Shown in pieces: positions 26,844 to 40,148 of a DNA stretch of 64,000 nucleotides. Both the position numbers and the translations under genes were made by a program. Numbering within the stretch: position 1 is the first letter of the stretch; the number at the start of each line of letters is the position of its first letter. Under the pieces are notes generated by a model. It made no database searches and had not been told where the DNA came from. It was given only the letters and a program-made list of their open reading frames with translations. Origin of the DNA: Chrysomallon squamiferum. Its lineage: Eukaryota > Animalia > Mollusca. The stretch is taken from the NCBI GenBank assembly GCA_012295275.1, contig CM022668.1:12524001-12588000 (forward strand), written 5' to 3'.

Positions 26844-27017
26844 ATGTTCCTGAACCACCAATAGGAAAGCCCCAGGCCACTGCCGTTGTTCACTCTGCTA
26901 TAACTCTGTCCTGGTATGGCCCACCGTATGATGGTGGCTCCCAAGTAATCCATTACAAAATAGAAGGCCGACAAAGCTGGAGAAAACAGCTGGACAGTTT
27001 ACAACCCCTGCTGCAAG
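26844..27017 (+). CDS. MYLK: MYLK-like exon: N-terminal half of FN3 domain; apparent +1 frameshift near 26966
   Basis: catcag|AT...AAG|gtaaat; DVPEPPIGKPQ...ITLSWYGPPYDGGSQVIHYKIE, then the FN3-like ADKAGENSWTVYNPCCK only in the +1 frame. Confidence 0.85.
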
Positions 27018-27049
27018 GTAAATAGTATAAATAGAAAGTTGTTTTAAGT

Positions 27050-27400
27050 ATTAGAGAACATTTCCCATTCATTTCAATAACGTTTAGTAACGAAACAGTT
27101 ATTTCTTATAAACGATTTGTGTAAATAAAGAACATTTCCCATTTATCTGAAATACATGTAGTAACGAAACAGTATCTGTTATAAATGATTTGTGTAAATA
27201 AAGAACATTTCCCATTTATCTGAAATACATGTAGTAACGAAACAGTATCTCTTATAAATGATTTGTGTAAATAAAGAACATTTCCCATTTATCTGAAATA
27301 CATGTAGTAATGAAACAGTATCTCTTATAAATGATTTGTGTAAATAAAGAACATTTCTCATTTATCTGAAATACATTTAGTAATGAAAAATTGTTTCTTT
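27050..27400. repeat. 73-bp tandem repeat (~4.5 copies)
   Basis: AAAGAACATTTCCCATTTATCTGAAATACATGTAGTAACGAAACAGTATCT recurring with 73-nt period. Confidence 0.9.
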
Positions 27401-29689
27401 TAAATAAGTTCTGTACAGTATTAATTTGAAACGTATTTTCCCATTTATTTGAAACAACTGTTAGTTTGAAATAACATTTTTTAGTTTGTGTGAAATATGT
27501 TCTACAAAGTGTTAATGTGTAATGTGACATTTCCTATATGTTTGAAACAGTTGTGAAAATGTATTAGTTAGAAATAACATTGTTTGAAATATGTTCAACA
27601 AAGTATTAATTACAAATTACGTCATTCCCATTTGTTTTCAAAGAGATTCTACAATGTTTTAACTGTTCCAAAGAAAAGTCTGAATTGGCTTTTCTTACTG
27701 GGGAGGGGGAAAGAATAAAATGGAAAATAGAATAAGAAATACAAATAAAATGAACAATAAATAAATAAGAGATCAAAGTGACAACACTTCAAGAAAATAA
27801 TTTTACTATGTAGTTTATGCAAGTTTAAAGCCATTTGAAAGTATTTTATTTAATCTTTAAATAAATATATATGTGTTGTCACTGAATTTGAGTTTACAAT
27901 ATGCAGTTTAAAAAAAATTAAAAAAAAAAAAATAGATGAATGAAATAAAATAAACTGGTTATGTTTGAAGTTTGAAATTAACTTTGTGGGGGTTTTGTAA
28001 TTTTCTGAAAATTTGTGTTTAGAAATTTTCTGTTGTAAAAGAAAATGATTTATTAGTTTTCAGGAACACAATTTATTTATTTATTTTCTGTTTATTTGTT
28101 TTTTCATTAATTTATTTTCTTTATCTCTCTGTCTGTCTGCCTGTCTGTCTCTCTGTCTGTCTATGTGTAATATAATACGAGAATCAGCCTTTTTATCAGT
28201 TCCACCATCTATTATTTATCTATCTTTTATTATTGTTTTTTTTAATATAATTTAAAATTAAAATGATTTGTTTTTATTGCAACAAAAAGAGTCATACATA
28301 ATATATATATATATATATAATATTAATAATAAATAAATAAATAAAATTAAGCAAATAAAAATATGTTATTTTTTTATATATTCTATAAGATATATTCTAT
28401 AAAATATAAGATAAAAATAAAAACTGTCCATAAGAATAATGTTAATTAATTTTTTTTTTTTAAATGCTTTTCTAATATTCCAATCAAGAGGTAGGCATAT
28501 TTTTGTTAAAACTTAACAGCTGGATTTCATACAAAATCATTATAAACAGAAGTCAACTACAAGATTTTTTTTGAATTATAAAAATGTACTTGGCTATTTA
28601 ATACTGAAATTATTTTTCTTATATTCCATTCAAGAGGTAGGCATATTTTTTTTTAACTTGTTGCTGATATGGAACAAGCCACAGTGGTCTTTTACATATA
28701 TTAATATCAGATAAACAAAAATTATCTAGCATTTTTTTTTTATTAAATATAACCATAATGTTCTTGGTTAATAAATAAATAAATAAATAAATAAATTTTT
28801 TTTTGAAATATTTTAATTCTTTTTAATTATTATTCCAGTCAAAAGGTAGACATATTTTTAACAACTCATTAAAAAAAAATTGCCATAGCAACCTACTTGA
28901 TACTGGTGTCTTTTTTCTTAAAAAAAATAAAAATAAAAAAAAATAAATAAATAAAAAAAATAAAAAACTGGGAGAGGGTTAGTATTTCAGGAATTTGAAA
29001 AACTTTTCATAATCAGATTCTGAGATGGATTTTTGCCAACAGTGGTGTAATACTTTTCTTTTGACAGATGTAAATGAGTGTGAAAAAAAAAAAAGTTAAA
29101 AGACCTAAAATATATTTGTTAATCCCAATTTATAAGGGGTTTTTGTTTTTGTTTAAATTAAATATATTGTTTACATGTACATAACAAAAACAAAAAAAAA
29201 CGCAGTAAAAAAAATCCTGCTATTATATTACTTATACTACAAAATAAAAAATAAAAGGAAAAATAAAACTTTCATACTGATGAAAACCTTTTTTCCTAGA
29301 AGTATAAAGTTCTAAACCTTACATGGAGACATGTTGAAATGTTTATCATATTAAAATAATCAGAAGTGAAAACATGAAATTGTGTGGATTTATTAAATAA
29401 TTTTTTATTTTTTTATTTTTATTTTTAATTTTATTTTTATTTTTTATTTTTATTTTTATTTTTATTTTTATTTTTAATTTAATTTTTATTTTTATTTTTA
29501 TTTTATTTTTACTTATTTTATTTTATTTACGTGGGGGTTTTTTTCAGTTATGATAAGCAAAAGATTATTTTTGTGAAAAGAACTTTTTTATTGTAAATTT
29601 AAAACCGAAATTTAAACCTGATATGCATCAACAGAAATGCTAACAAAAAATGTAGTTTTAGTGCAGAAATGTAACTGATAAAAATGTTA

Positions 29690-29833
29690 TTATCAAAGTG
29701 CTATATTCTAAACAAATATATATTTGTTTTTTATAGTGTTAAATTATTAAAATGCTTTATTCCAAATAAATATATATTTATATATTATTTTTACAATGTG
29801 AAGTTATTAAAATGCTATATTCCAAACAAAAAA

Positions 29834-29867
<34 letters not shown>

Positions 29868-30365
29868 TTAAACTACTAAAATACTTATTCCAAACAAATA
29901 TTATTATGTTTATAATGTTTAAATGTTAAAATACTATATTCCAAACAAATATTAATATTATTATTATTATTATTTTAAATTATTAAAATACTATATTCCA
30001 AACAAATAATAATAATATTATTATTATTATTTTAAATTATTGAAATACTATATTCCAAACAAATAATAATAATATTATTATTATTATTATTTTAAATTAT
30101 TGAAATACTATATTCCAAACAAATATTATTATTATTATAATTATTATTATTATTATGATTATTTTAAACTACTAAAATACTTATTCCAAACAAATATTAT
30201 TATGTTTATAATGTTTAAATGTTAAAATACTATATTCCAAACAAATATTAATATTATTATTATTATTATTTTAAACTATTAGAATACTATATTCCAAACA
30301 AATAATAATATTATTATTATTATTATTATAATTTCAAACTATTAGAATACTATATTCCAAACAAA

Positions 30366-30396
<31 letters not shown>

Positions 30397-30490
30397 TTAA
30401 ACTATTGAAATACTATATTCCAAACAAATAATAATAATATTATTATTATTATAATTTCAAACTATTGAAATACTATATTCCAAACAACTG
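29690..30490. repeat. ~60-bp minisatellite (AAATACTATATTCCAAACAAATA + (ATT)n)
   Basis: More than 10 copies, ending just before the acceptor at 30505. Confidence 0.9.
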
Positions 30491-30505
30491 ATTATAATTT
30501 TTCAG

Positions 30506-30662
30506 AACACCTTCTGTCAGATAGATGATCTGCAAGCCAATTCTGCATATGTGTTCAGGGTAAGCGCAGGAAACAAACATGGCTTCAGCTGTCCTGGCCA
30601 AGAATCGGACGAGATCATGACAGAAAATCATCTTCAGTCTTCTTCCGATTACGAATCAGACG
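30506..30662 (+). CDS. MYLK: MYLK-like exon: C-terminal half of FN3 domain
   Basis: ttttcag|AAC...GAC G|gtagga; NTFCQIDDLQANSAYVFRVSAGNKHGFSCPGQES (not in the ORF track). Confidence 0.9.
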
Positions 30663-31066
30663 GTAGGAGCAAAAAAATAATATTTTCTAAAAAACTGACA
30701 TTAACTTTCATGCTTCTGTAGGCATTAGATGTAAGAAACTATATTCTTGAAAACAAATTCTAATTTTTGTTCTTACATGCAGTAGATGATAGAAATGAAA
30801 ATATTACTTTCTTGAAAAGTAGTTCTAATTTTTGTTGGCTTTTTTAATGTATTAGTTGGTAGAAAAATAAAAATAGTGTTTTCTTGAAAAATAGTTCCGA
30901 TTGTTAGCATGTGTGAATTTAGATGGTAGTGCATAATATTTTACTGTATTGTGGATTTTAGTTTTTTTTTTGCATTTAAACATTTTTGCCTTTAAAAAAA
31001 ATCACTTCTGTTTGCTTTAGCTTTTATAAGCTGTAGAATTATATTATTATTATTATATTTATTATG

Positions 31067-31119
<53 letters not shown>

Positions 31120-32130
31120 CATCATCATTATTATTATTATTATCATCATCATTATTATTATTATTAATACTTTTATCATTATTTATTTATTTTTATTATT
31201 TTGTAATTTGTATTGTACACTTTCTGGAGCACGATACATTTTAAACAGAAAATTTCAATGTGTTCTAATTTCTTTTTCTCTTCAAATTTTTTTATTTTTT
31301 AATTTTTTATAGAGAAATATTTCAAATTATTTAAAATGATTATTCAGTTATAATGCTTTATGTTAGTTTGCACATTTGTTTACATTCACATTATAACATG
31401 GCATATTTTCTTTAAAAAATAGTTACATTAAAATTAATTGTGTGTGTGTGTGTGTGTGTTTATATATATATATATATGTGAAAAAAAAGGTTGGAGGGTG
31501 GCAAGGATGAAAGAAGGAGAACATTTATATATTATATTAATTCACAAAACCATCAACTTTAATAATACGATTTATATAAATATCTTGTGCCATGTTGCAA
31601 TGTTGATGTTAATCACGTGGTATGTAATGCATTGCTTGGTGTCGGTTCTCATGCTTTACTTTATATTGCTGTGGCATTCCAGGTACACCTGAGGTATTCT
31701 CACCTGTTACACTTACACCAGGTAAATTTTTCTTTTACCATAACAAGCATTTATCACATTATTTTCATTTTATTTTATTTTTTTTTATTTTTTACCTGTG
31801 GGATAGCTTTTATGTGTATCTATCTATTATGTTAGTGAATTTTCTATTATCTGTATTGACTTTTTTTTTTTTTAAATTACTTACCTGTTATACTGATTCC
31901 AGGTAAATCTTTCTTGTAAAGGTTTTATCACATTATTCTTACCTTCATTTTATTTAATTTTTTACCTGTTGGACTGCTTTCATTTATATCTGTCTATCTA
32001 TAGCTTTAGTGAATTTTCTGTTGCCTATATTGATCTTTTATTTTTTTATTACTTAACTGTTAGACTTACTCCAGATAAATCTTTCTTTTATCCTAATGTG
32101 TGTGTATGCACAGACACACACACATACATG

Positions 32131-32161
<31 letters not shown>

Positions 32162-32923
32162 TTTTCTGCAATATTTTTATTTTTGATTACTTACCTATTG
32201 GATTAATTTCAGGTAAATCTTTGTTTTGCATTATCAAACATTTTTTTTTTTAATTATTTTTTCTTTCTTTTACGTTTTTACATTTTTTTATTATTATTAT
32301 TTTTTTTTTTATAAATAATTTATCTGTCTTGCTGTCTGTCTCATGTGTACTGTTTATGGTGATTTAGTATAAATTTATTTTGCATTTCTTACTTGTCAGT
32401 GCTGTATATCAATCATATATTATTACCAGATGGTATTAGGTTTCTAGTCATAAAAATCCACACAAAGAAAAACATTGATCAGCTGTCAATACATGAGAAT
32501 ATTCACGTTCTTTGAAAATGATATAATGTTCAGCTATTAACATAAAACAAAAAAACAAAACACCCAAAATCCCAAAATTTAAAATTGTGTAGGATCTTTT
32601 TTTATGATTGTAGTAATGTTTTGTTTAAATTTTTTATCATATATGTAGCGTTTTATTTTTATAGTTTTTAATAATTTATATAATTTTTTTAATTTGTAAT
32701 ATATATATATATATATACACATACACACAAACATATATATATACACTCAGACATACACACAAACATATATACATGTACTTACCTAAACAGATAGAAAGAG
32801 AGACACATATTATATTTTTATTTTTATTTTTAGCATTTTCTGTTTTCTTTCTCTCTCTCTCTCTCTTTCTCTCTCTCCCTCCCTCCCTCTCTCTCTCCCT
32901 CACTCTCTCTCTCTCTCTGTCTT

Positions 32924-32974
<51 letters not shown>

Positions 32975-33926
32975 TATCCCTCATTCTCTTATTTTTTTCT
33001 CTCTCTCTGATATCTTTTTATTCTAGTCCCTTCTTTTGATTTTCTTTTGAAGACAAAAAAAAGAAATTTGTACTTACCTAAACAGATATCACAGAGTTCA
33101 TTTTTTATAATTCTGCCCTCTTATTTCCTTTAATGACTTTTTTTTTTTCTTCTTCTAAAAGCAGTGTTATGCATTTTTCTCTTTGTGTTTAAAACTTTTA
33201 ATGTCAGGGACATTAAAGACACATGCCATTATTTTCTTTCTTTACATTAAGGCTGTTCTTTATTTATGTAAATTTAAAATGTTACTGGAGAAAAGGGTGG
33301 AGCTTTAAGATTTATATGTCTGCCGATATTGAAAATATCTCCCAGTAATTAATTTTTTTTTTTTTACAAGCATGCACACATACATGCATAGATGCAAACA
33401 TATATCTGTATATCTACACTAATAATATCGCCCGAAATTTAAAAAAAATAAATAAAAGATTTTCCGAAAACTACTATTATGAGCACATACATACATACAT
33501 ACATACATACATACATACATACATAAACACATATTATATAAATATCAAACATAAATACATACTATACATAAACATGCTGACATACACATTATGATACATT
33601 TTCACACACAAATGCATGCTTGCACATGTGCATATGCTGTACTAACAAACATTTGTAATGTGTGAAATATAGTTTTAGTCATTTCAGTAATTGAAAATAT
33701 TCATAAATGTGATTTTATGTTCTTTCTTTGATAAATATGTAAATAAAATATAACATACGAGAGGAGAGGCTGAATGTATGCAATCTGTGTGCCTGTGTGT
33801 GAGTGTATGAGTTTGTGTGCAAGAATGTAATATATAGCTGATTAGATGCTTTTTTAAAATCTGTTTTGAATCTCTATCTCTCTCTTTCTCTGTCTTTCTC
33901 TCTGTCTCTCTCTCTCTCTCTCTGTC

Positions 33927-34008
<82 letters not shown>

Positions 34009-34044
34009 TTTCACAAGGTAATTTTATAAACATGGTTGTTTTAG

Positions 34045-34135
34045 AAGATGAACTGCCCTTTGAACCTCACGAAGTGAAAATATCACCATCTCGTGTTTTT
34101 GAGGATGAATATGACCTGATGCATGAAGTGGGAAG
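34045..34135 (+). CDS. MYLK: MYLK-like exon: pre-kinase linker and start of kinase domain
   Basis: ttttag|AA (NAGNAG)...GGA AG|gtactg; EDELPFEPHEVKISPSRVFEDEYDLMHEVGR. Confidence 0.88.
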
Positions 34136-34472
34136 GTACTGAAATAGCTTCAGTTGAATACTGGTTACTTACACACACACGCATGCACACACATATGTTC
34201 ACATTTTGTTCCATCAGTTGAAAGATTAAAATATATTATTATTTCTTTTTTTTTTACAGACCTGTTTAAATTATGTATTTAATAACACCATCACTTTTGT
34301 ACATAAAACTAAAAAAAAATTGGACTTCATGAAAAGTATCAGTATGACTCATTTTGGCAGACAGGGTCATATAATATTAACATATTATTAACATTAGGCG
34401 TTAGGCAATTATATAATCTCAAAAGATATTACTGATATACCCTTTACAATTCTGAGACTTTATTTCTTCCAG

Positions 34473-34673
34473 AGGTAAATTTGGGAATGTGTACCAATGC
34501 AAAGTCAAGGAGACTGGCAAAATCTGGGCTGCCAAAATTGTTCGATGCCGCGAGAAAGATAAGGAAAATGTGCGGCATGAAATTGAGATAATGAATGCAC
34601 TGGCTCACCCCAAGCTCCTGCTTTTATGGGATGCCTTCGAGGCTCCCCGTAAAATGGTTCTAGTGATGGAGTA
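34473..34673 (+). CDS. MYLK: MYLK-like exon: kinase subdomains I-V
   Basis: ttccag|A GGT AAA TTT GGG...GAG TA|gtaagt; GKFGNVY, WAAK, HEIEIMNAL. Confidence 0.93.
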
Positions 34674-35122
34674 GTAAGTATTTGAAGACAATATTATAAC
34701 TGTTATTGGTTAGTTTTAATATTCTGTTGTCATGCAAAGAATGGATGGATGGATGGAGGAAGGGATAGATGGGTAACAGAATAGACAGATGGATTAATAA
34801 ATGGAATGATGGATGGATGGATGGACAAATAGAGTGATGGATGGAAGGCTGGATGAATGAAGAAATGAATGATTTAAAGAACAAATTACAGAACAAAACT
34901 GTTATTAATTAAGGAAATAATGACAACAGTTTATTTTATAAATCTATTTAATTGATGCAGAACAATATATAAACCTTTATAAAGATGTGAAATGTAATCA
35001 GAATCTTTACAATATATGTATATATATATATAGGCACACACACACATACAGATATATGTATGTATGTATGTATGTACATGTATGTATTCATATTTGCATG
35101 TGTGTGTGTGTGTGTGTGTGGG

Positions 35123-35154
<32 letters not shown>

Positions 35155-35401
35155 CAAACACACATTATGTGCACTCACATGCACTCACAAACACACATAT
35201 ATATAGTCAAAAATGCATATATACATGCATACATATATATATATATATCTACAGAGAGAGAGACAAATATGTATATACATACATACACACTCACACACAC
35301 ACACACACACACACACAGACATATAGAGAGAGAGAGAGAGAGAGAGAAAGAGACAGACAGACAGACAGACATTTTTATTAAAATACTGATGCTTTTCACA
35401 G

Positions 35402-35743
35402 TATTGGAGGTGGAGAATTATTCGAGCGTGTCAGCAGCGACGACTTCTGTCTAACCGAGCGCGACTGCATCCACTTCATGCGACAGATCTGCAGCGGCGT
35501 TGCATACATGCACACCAAGGGCATCATCCACCTTGACCTCAAACCGGAGAACATCCTCTGCATAGCCGAAGACAGCAACCTCATCAAGATCATTGACTTC
35601 GGCTTGGCCCGTCACTTCAATGAAGGGGAGAGCGTCAAGGCGATGTTTGGAACACCGGAGTTTGTTGCCCCTGAAGTTGTCAATTACGATGAGATTAATT
35701 TCGCGACTGATATGTGGAGTCTGGGAGTCATTTGTTACGTCTT
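35402..35743 (+). CDS. MYLK: MYLK-like exon: kinase catalytic core (subdomains V-IX)
   Basis: tcacag|T ATT GGA GGT GGA GAA TTA TTC...GTC TT|gtaagt; IIHLDLKPENIL, IKIIDFGLAR, FGTPEFVAPEVVNYD, TDMWSLGVICY typical of MLCK. Confidence 0.95.
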
Positions 35744-35744
35744 G

Positions 35745-36225
35745 TAAGTTTATAATTATATTTGTATTTTAGTGTAAAGGGTTGAAGTATATAATTATAT
35801 TTGTATTTTAGTGTAAAGGGTTGAAGTTTATAATTATATTTATATTTTAGTGTAAAGGGTTGGAGTTTATAATTATATTTGTATTTTAGTGTAAAGGGTT
35901 GGAGTTTATAATTATATTTATATTTAAGTAAAAAGGTTGAAGTTTATAATTATATTTATATTTCTGTACAAAGGGTTGAAGTTTATAATTATATTTATAT
36001 TTAAGTGAAAAGGGTTGAAGTTTATAATTATATTTATATTTAAGTAAAAAGGTTGAAGTTTATAATTATGTTTATATTTAAGTGAAAAGGATTGAAGTTT
36101 ATAATTATTTCAGTGTAAAGGGTTGGAGTATATAATTATATTTGTATTTGAGTGTAAAGGGTTGGAGTTTATAATTATATTTGTATTTTAGTGTAAAGGG
36201 TTGGAGTTTATAATATTATATTTAT
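35745..36225. repeat. ~40-bp minisatellite (AGTTTATAATTATATTTGTATTTTAGTGTAAAGGGTTGA)
   Basis: About 12 copies starting inside the splice donor. Confidence 0.9.
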
Positions 36226-36319
36226 GTTTCATAGCACATAAATCTGTGCATGATGCTTGCTCAAAGTTCACTAATTGCATATTCTGTCCAGGTTCTATAT
36301 TACCTCATTGTGTTTACAG

Positions 36320-36472
36320 ATTATCTGGGTTGTCTCCCTTCATGGGTGACAATGATGCAGAAACACTGTCAAATGTTACCTGTGGAGAATTTGATTTTGA
36401 TGATGAAGCATTTGACGATATTTCTGAGAATGCAAAAGATTTTATTCAGCGTTTGCTTGTTAAAGAAAAAAG
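36320..36472 (+). CDS. MYLK: MYLK-like exon: kinase subdomains IX-XI
   Basis: ttacag|A TTA TCT...AAA AG|gtaagt; LSGLSPFMGDNDAETLSNVT...ISENAKDFIQRLL. Confidence 0.95.
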
Positions 36473-36811
36473 GTAAGTAGATATTTTTTTAGAAAAGTGA
36501 CATTTATTTTAACGAAATGAAATGAAAATTCAGATAAATATATTATTTACATTCATTATAGTTGATGTTTATTTCAGAAAACAGATTTATTTTTACAAAG
36601 TAAATGTTAAAAAATAATAATACACCTGTATTTTTAAATAATTAATACCTGTATTAGTTAAAACAATATTAAAGAACATTAAAAACACACATTGAAATAT
36701 ATGAAATATTAAATAACATTTTATGACATTTTTTTCAAAATTAATATAAATAACAAAGATTTTATTTTAGAAAATTAAAGACAGTTCAATAACATCAAAA
36801 ACTTGCTGTCA

Positions 36812-36859
<48 letters not shown>

Positions 36860-36896
36860 CACACCTGGTATTAATTACAGGTAAATTTTATTTCAG

Positions 36897-37020
36897 AAAG
36901 CGAATGACAATTCAGGACTGTCAGAGACACACCTGGCTGACTCAAGATGAGCGCCGAGTCCGATTGAAAAGACTCAACACGGAAAAACTTAAACGATTCA
37001 TGGCCCGTAGAAAGTGGCAG
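36897..37020 (+). CDS. MYLK: MYLK-like exon: end of kinase and autoinhibitory segment
   Basis: tttcag|A AAG CGA...TGG CAG|gtataa; KRMTIQDCQRHTWL...LNTEKLKRFMARRKWQ. Confidence 0.93.
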
Positions 37021-37545
37021 GTATAAATTAAATAAATAGTTTACCTTTACCTGTAGCATACACAGCTTATATATATATATGACATAGTGATTTTGTTGCA
37101 GGTTTAAATTAAATAAATCTATTACCTTTACCTGTAGCATTACACAGCTTATTATACACTTATATATATATATATGTTGTAGTGATTTTATTGCAGGTTT
37201 AAATTAAATAAATGTATTACCTTTACCTGTAGCATAAAAAGCTTATTATACACACACACATATATATATATGTGTCATAGTGATTTTATTGCAGGTTTAA
37301 ATTAAATAAATATATTACCTTTACCTGTAGCATACAGAGCTTATTATACATACATAGTGATTTTATTGCAGGTATAAATTAAATAAATATATTACCTTTA
37401 CCTATAGCATAAAAAGCTTATTATACATACATAGTGATTTTATTGCAGGTATAAATTAAATAAATTTATTACCTTTACCTATAGCATAAACAGCTTATTA
37501 TCCATATATATGTATATATATATCACAGTGATTTTATTGCAGATG
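37017..37545. repeat. ~70-95-bp tandem repeat containing copies of the splice donor
   Basis: GCAGGT(A/T)TAAATTAAATAAAT...TTACCTTTACCTGTAGCAT...AGTGATTTTATT, about 6 copies. Confidence 0.9.
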
Positions 37546-38152
37546 TGGATAGTTAAACATATTTCAGAATTCATTTTAATTAATATCAAAGAATATAATA
37601 ACCAATCAAATATTTTTTTCTGATAAAATATTTCATAAATTAATTTCATTAAAGGATATAATATGATGTAAGTATTAATGGAAATATTTCATTTTTTTTT
37701 TTTTTGAGAAATTATCATTATTATTAAAGATTTTATTCTGTGATGTATTTTATAAATTATTTAAATCAGTGAAAGACATATTTTTCTACATATTTTATAA
37801 AATATATACTTAAAGGTTTTAATATTCTTTATTATTTTTATAAACTATTTAAATAGGATATTATATTCCATTACATGTTTTATAAATTATTTAAATCTTT
37901 AAAATTTATAATATCCTGCATTTTATAAATTATTTAAATTAAAGTAATAACCTGAAATAGGAAAACAGTAGGTAACACAGGCAAGATACAGGTGTGTTGG
38001 GTTGCCAGGTAGGTTACAGGTGTGTTGGGTAACTAGGTGAGTGGGCAGGTGAAAAGGCTTTAATTAGGCAAGCTGGTGACGGTAAACTGCTTCTCTGCTT
38101 TGATCCTTTTTCAGTGTCATGTTTGAAAAACCAATTTATAAAATATTTTCTA

Positions 38153-38154
<2 letters not shown>

Positions 38155-38183
<29 letters not shown>

Positions 38184-38440
38184 AATAGTAACGAAGTAAG
38201 TAAATAAAAGTAATAAATTAATAAATAAGTAAATAAAATAGTAACAAAGTAAGTAAATAAAAGTAATAAATTAATAAATAAATAAATAACATAGTAACGA
38301 AGTAAGTAAATAAAAGTAATAAATTAATAAATAAATAAATAAAATAGTAACTAAGTAAGTAAATAAATAAATAAATAAAATAAAATAGTAAGTAAATAAG
38401 TAAGTAAATAAATAAAAGTAATAAATTAATAATTAAATAA
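38155..38440. repeat. A-rich ~52-bp tandem repeat (AAAATAGTAACGAAGTAAGTAAATAAAAGTAATAAATT)
   Basis: About 4-5 copies. Confidence 0.8.
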
Positions 38441-39654
38441 TAAGTAAATTCATTTACTGTATAATAAACTAGATTTCAAAAATAAATAAAAAATAAAATA
38501 GTAATATAATAAATAAATGTAATATATTAATAAATAAATACAAAGTGCTAAATGAAGAGTATTTAATTTACTATATAATAAACTAGTTTCTACGAATAAT
38601 AAATAAATAAATAATTAATTGAAGTAATAGTCATAAAATTACAAATTAATTAATAAATGGAGATAATACTAGTGGTAAAGTTCACTACAATTCACTACTT
38701 TGTAATAAACTAGATTTCTACAAATAATAATAACAACAACAACAACAACAACAACAATAATATAATAATAATAATAATAAATAAATATTAATACTAAATA
38801 ATTATAATGATAACAATGATGATATTATAATAATAATAATAATAATAATAACAGATAAATACAGATAGATAATTAAAAAATAAAATAGTAAATATATACA
38901 GATATATAAAGTGATTCAATTCAGTGCAGTTCAGTATTTATGAATAAAATAAAATAAAACCCAAGTAAAATAAAACAAATACAAACAATTTAAAATTAAT
39001 TAATTTAAAATTAAAATATAGCTGTTGATTTAAGCAAATTTAATTTGAAAAAGATTATCATTATTAAAACACTTTACTGTTAAAATTAAATAATGACACA
39101 ACAAAAATATATACATTTTAAACAGCTTGTGTACTTAGAAATATGTAAACATTAATAAATACACAAAAATTATATTTGTATTAAAAGTCCTTATTAGCAC
39201 GTTTGATTTTTGAGAAATAATACATTTAAATAATTAAATATATACTTCAAATATTCTCCTTTACCCCTCAAATATTACTGTTAAAAATATATGCATTTTC
39301 TGATTACCTCCCTTTATCTTAAACTTTGAATATATATATCTCTGATATTTCTGAGTTGTATTTAAAGTGTACCTGTATGTCATGAACAATTAGCTTACAA
39401 ATGTGTTACTGAGCACAAACCTTTGATAATAATAAAGTAACAGTCTTTCTAAGACACATGGAAGTAACAATTTTCCTTTGTAATATGACATCAGTTTGTG
39501 CACAGACATGTAAAAAATGCCTGGCAGACTGAGTAAATTTTATGACAGAAATTAATACATTCAGTCTGTCAGCATTTTTTTTTATTTCTGTGTAACAAAA
39601 AGATGTTAATAACTTTGGAAAAATGTAGCCTCATTCATTTGTGTCTTAGATATT

Positions 39655-40148
39655 TTATTGTCAACCTTCATTATTAGAAAAGATTGGTTGTCAAAAATTA
39701 AAACATTAAGAAGTGTATAAATTGTCAACCTTCATTATTAGAAAAGATTGGTTGTCCAAAAATAAAACATTAAGAAGAATATAAATAGTCAAGCTTCATT
39801 ATTACAAAAGATTGGTTGTCTTAAATAAAACATTACGAAGTACATAGACTGACACACTTCATTATTAGAAAAGATCGGTTGTCAAAAAATAAAAAAATAA
39901 GAAGTATAAAAATTGTCAACCTTCGTTATTAGAAAAGATTGGTTGTCAAAAAATAAACAACTTTAAGAAGTATATAAATTGTCAACCTTCATTATTAGAA
40001 AAGATTGGTTGTCAAAAAATAAACAACATCAAGAAGTATATAAATTGTCACACTTCATTATTAAAAAAGATTGGTTGTCTTAAAATAAAACATTACAAAG
40101 TATATAAATTGTCAAGCTTCATTATTAGAAAAGATTGGTTGTCAAAAA
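39655..40148. repeat. ~64-bp minisatellite (TTGTCAACCTTCATTATTAGAAAAGATTGGTTGTCAAAAA)
   Basis: About 8 copies. Confidence 0.9.

Noticed and set aside
17962-27017. The -1 and +1 frameshifts compensating each other, or MLCK being a pseudogene
   Set aside because: A stop follows the first shift immediately, so they cannot compensate; all catalytic motifs and splice sites are intact, which favours sequencing errors
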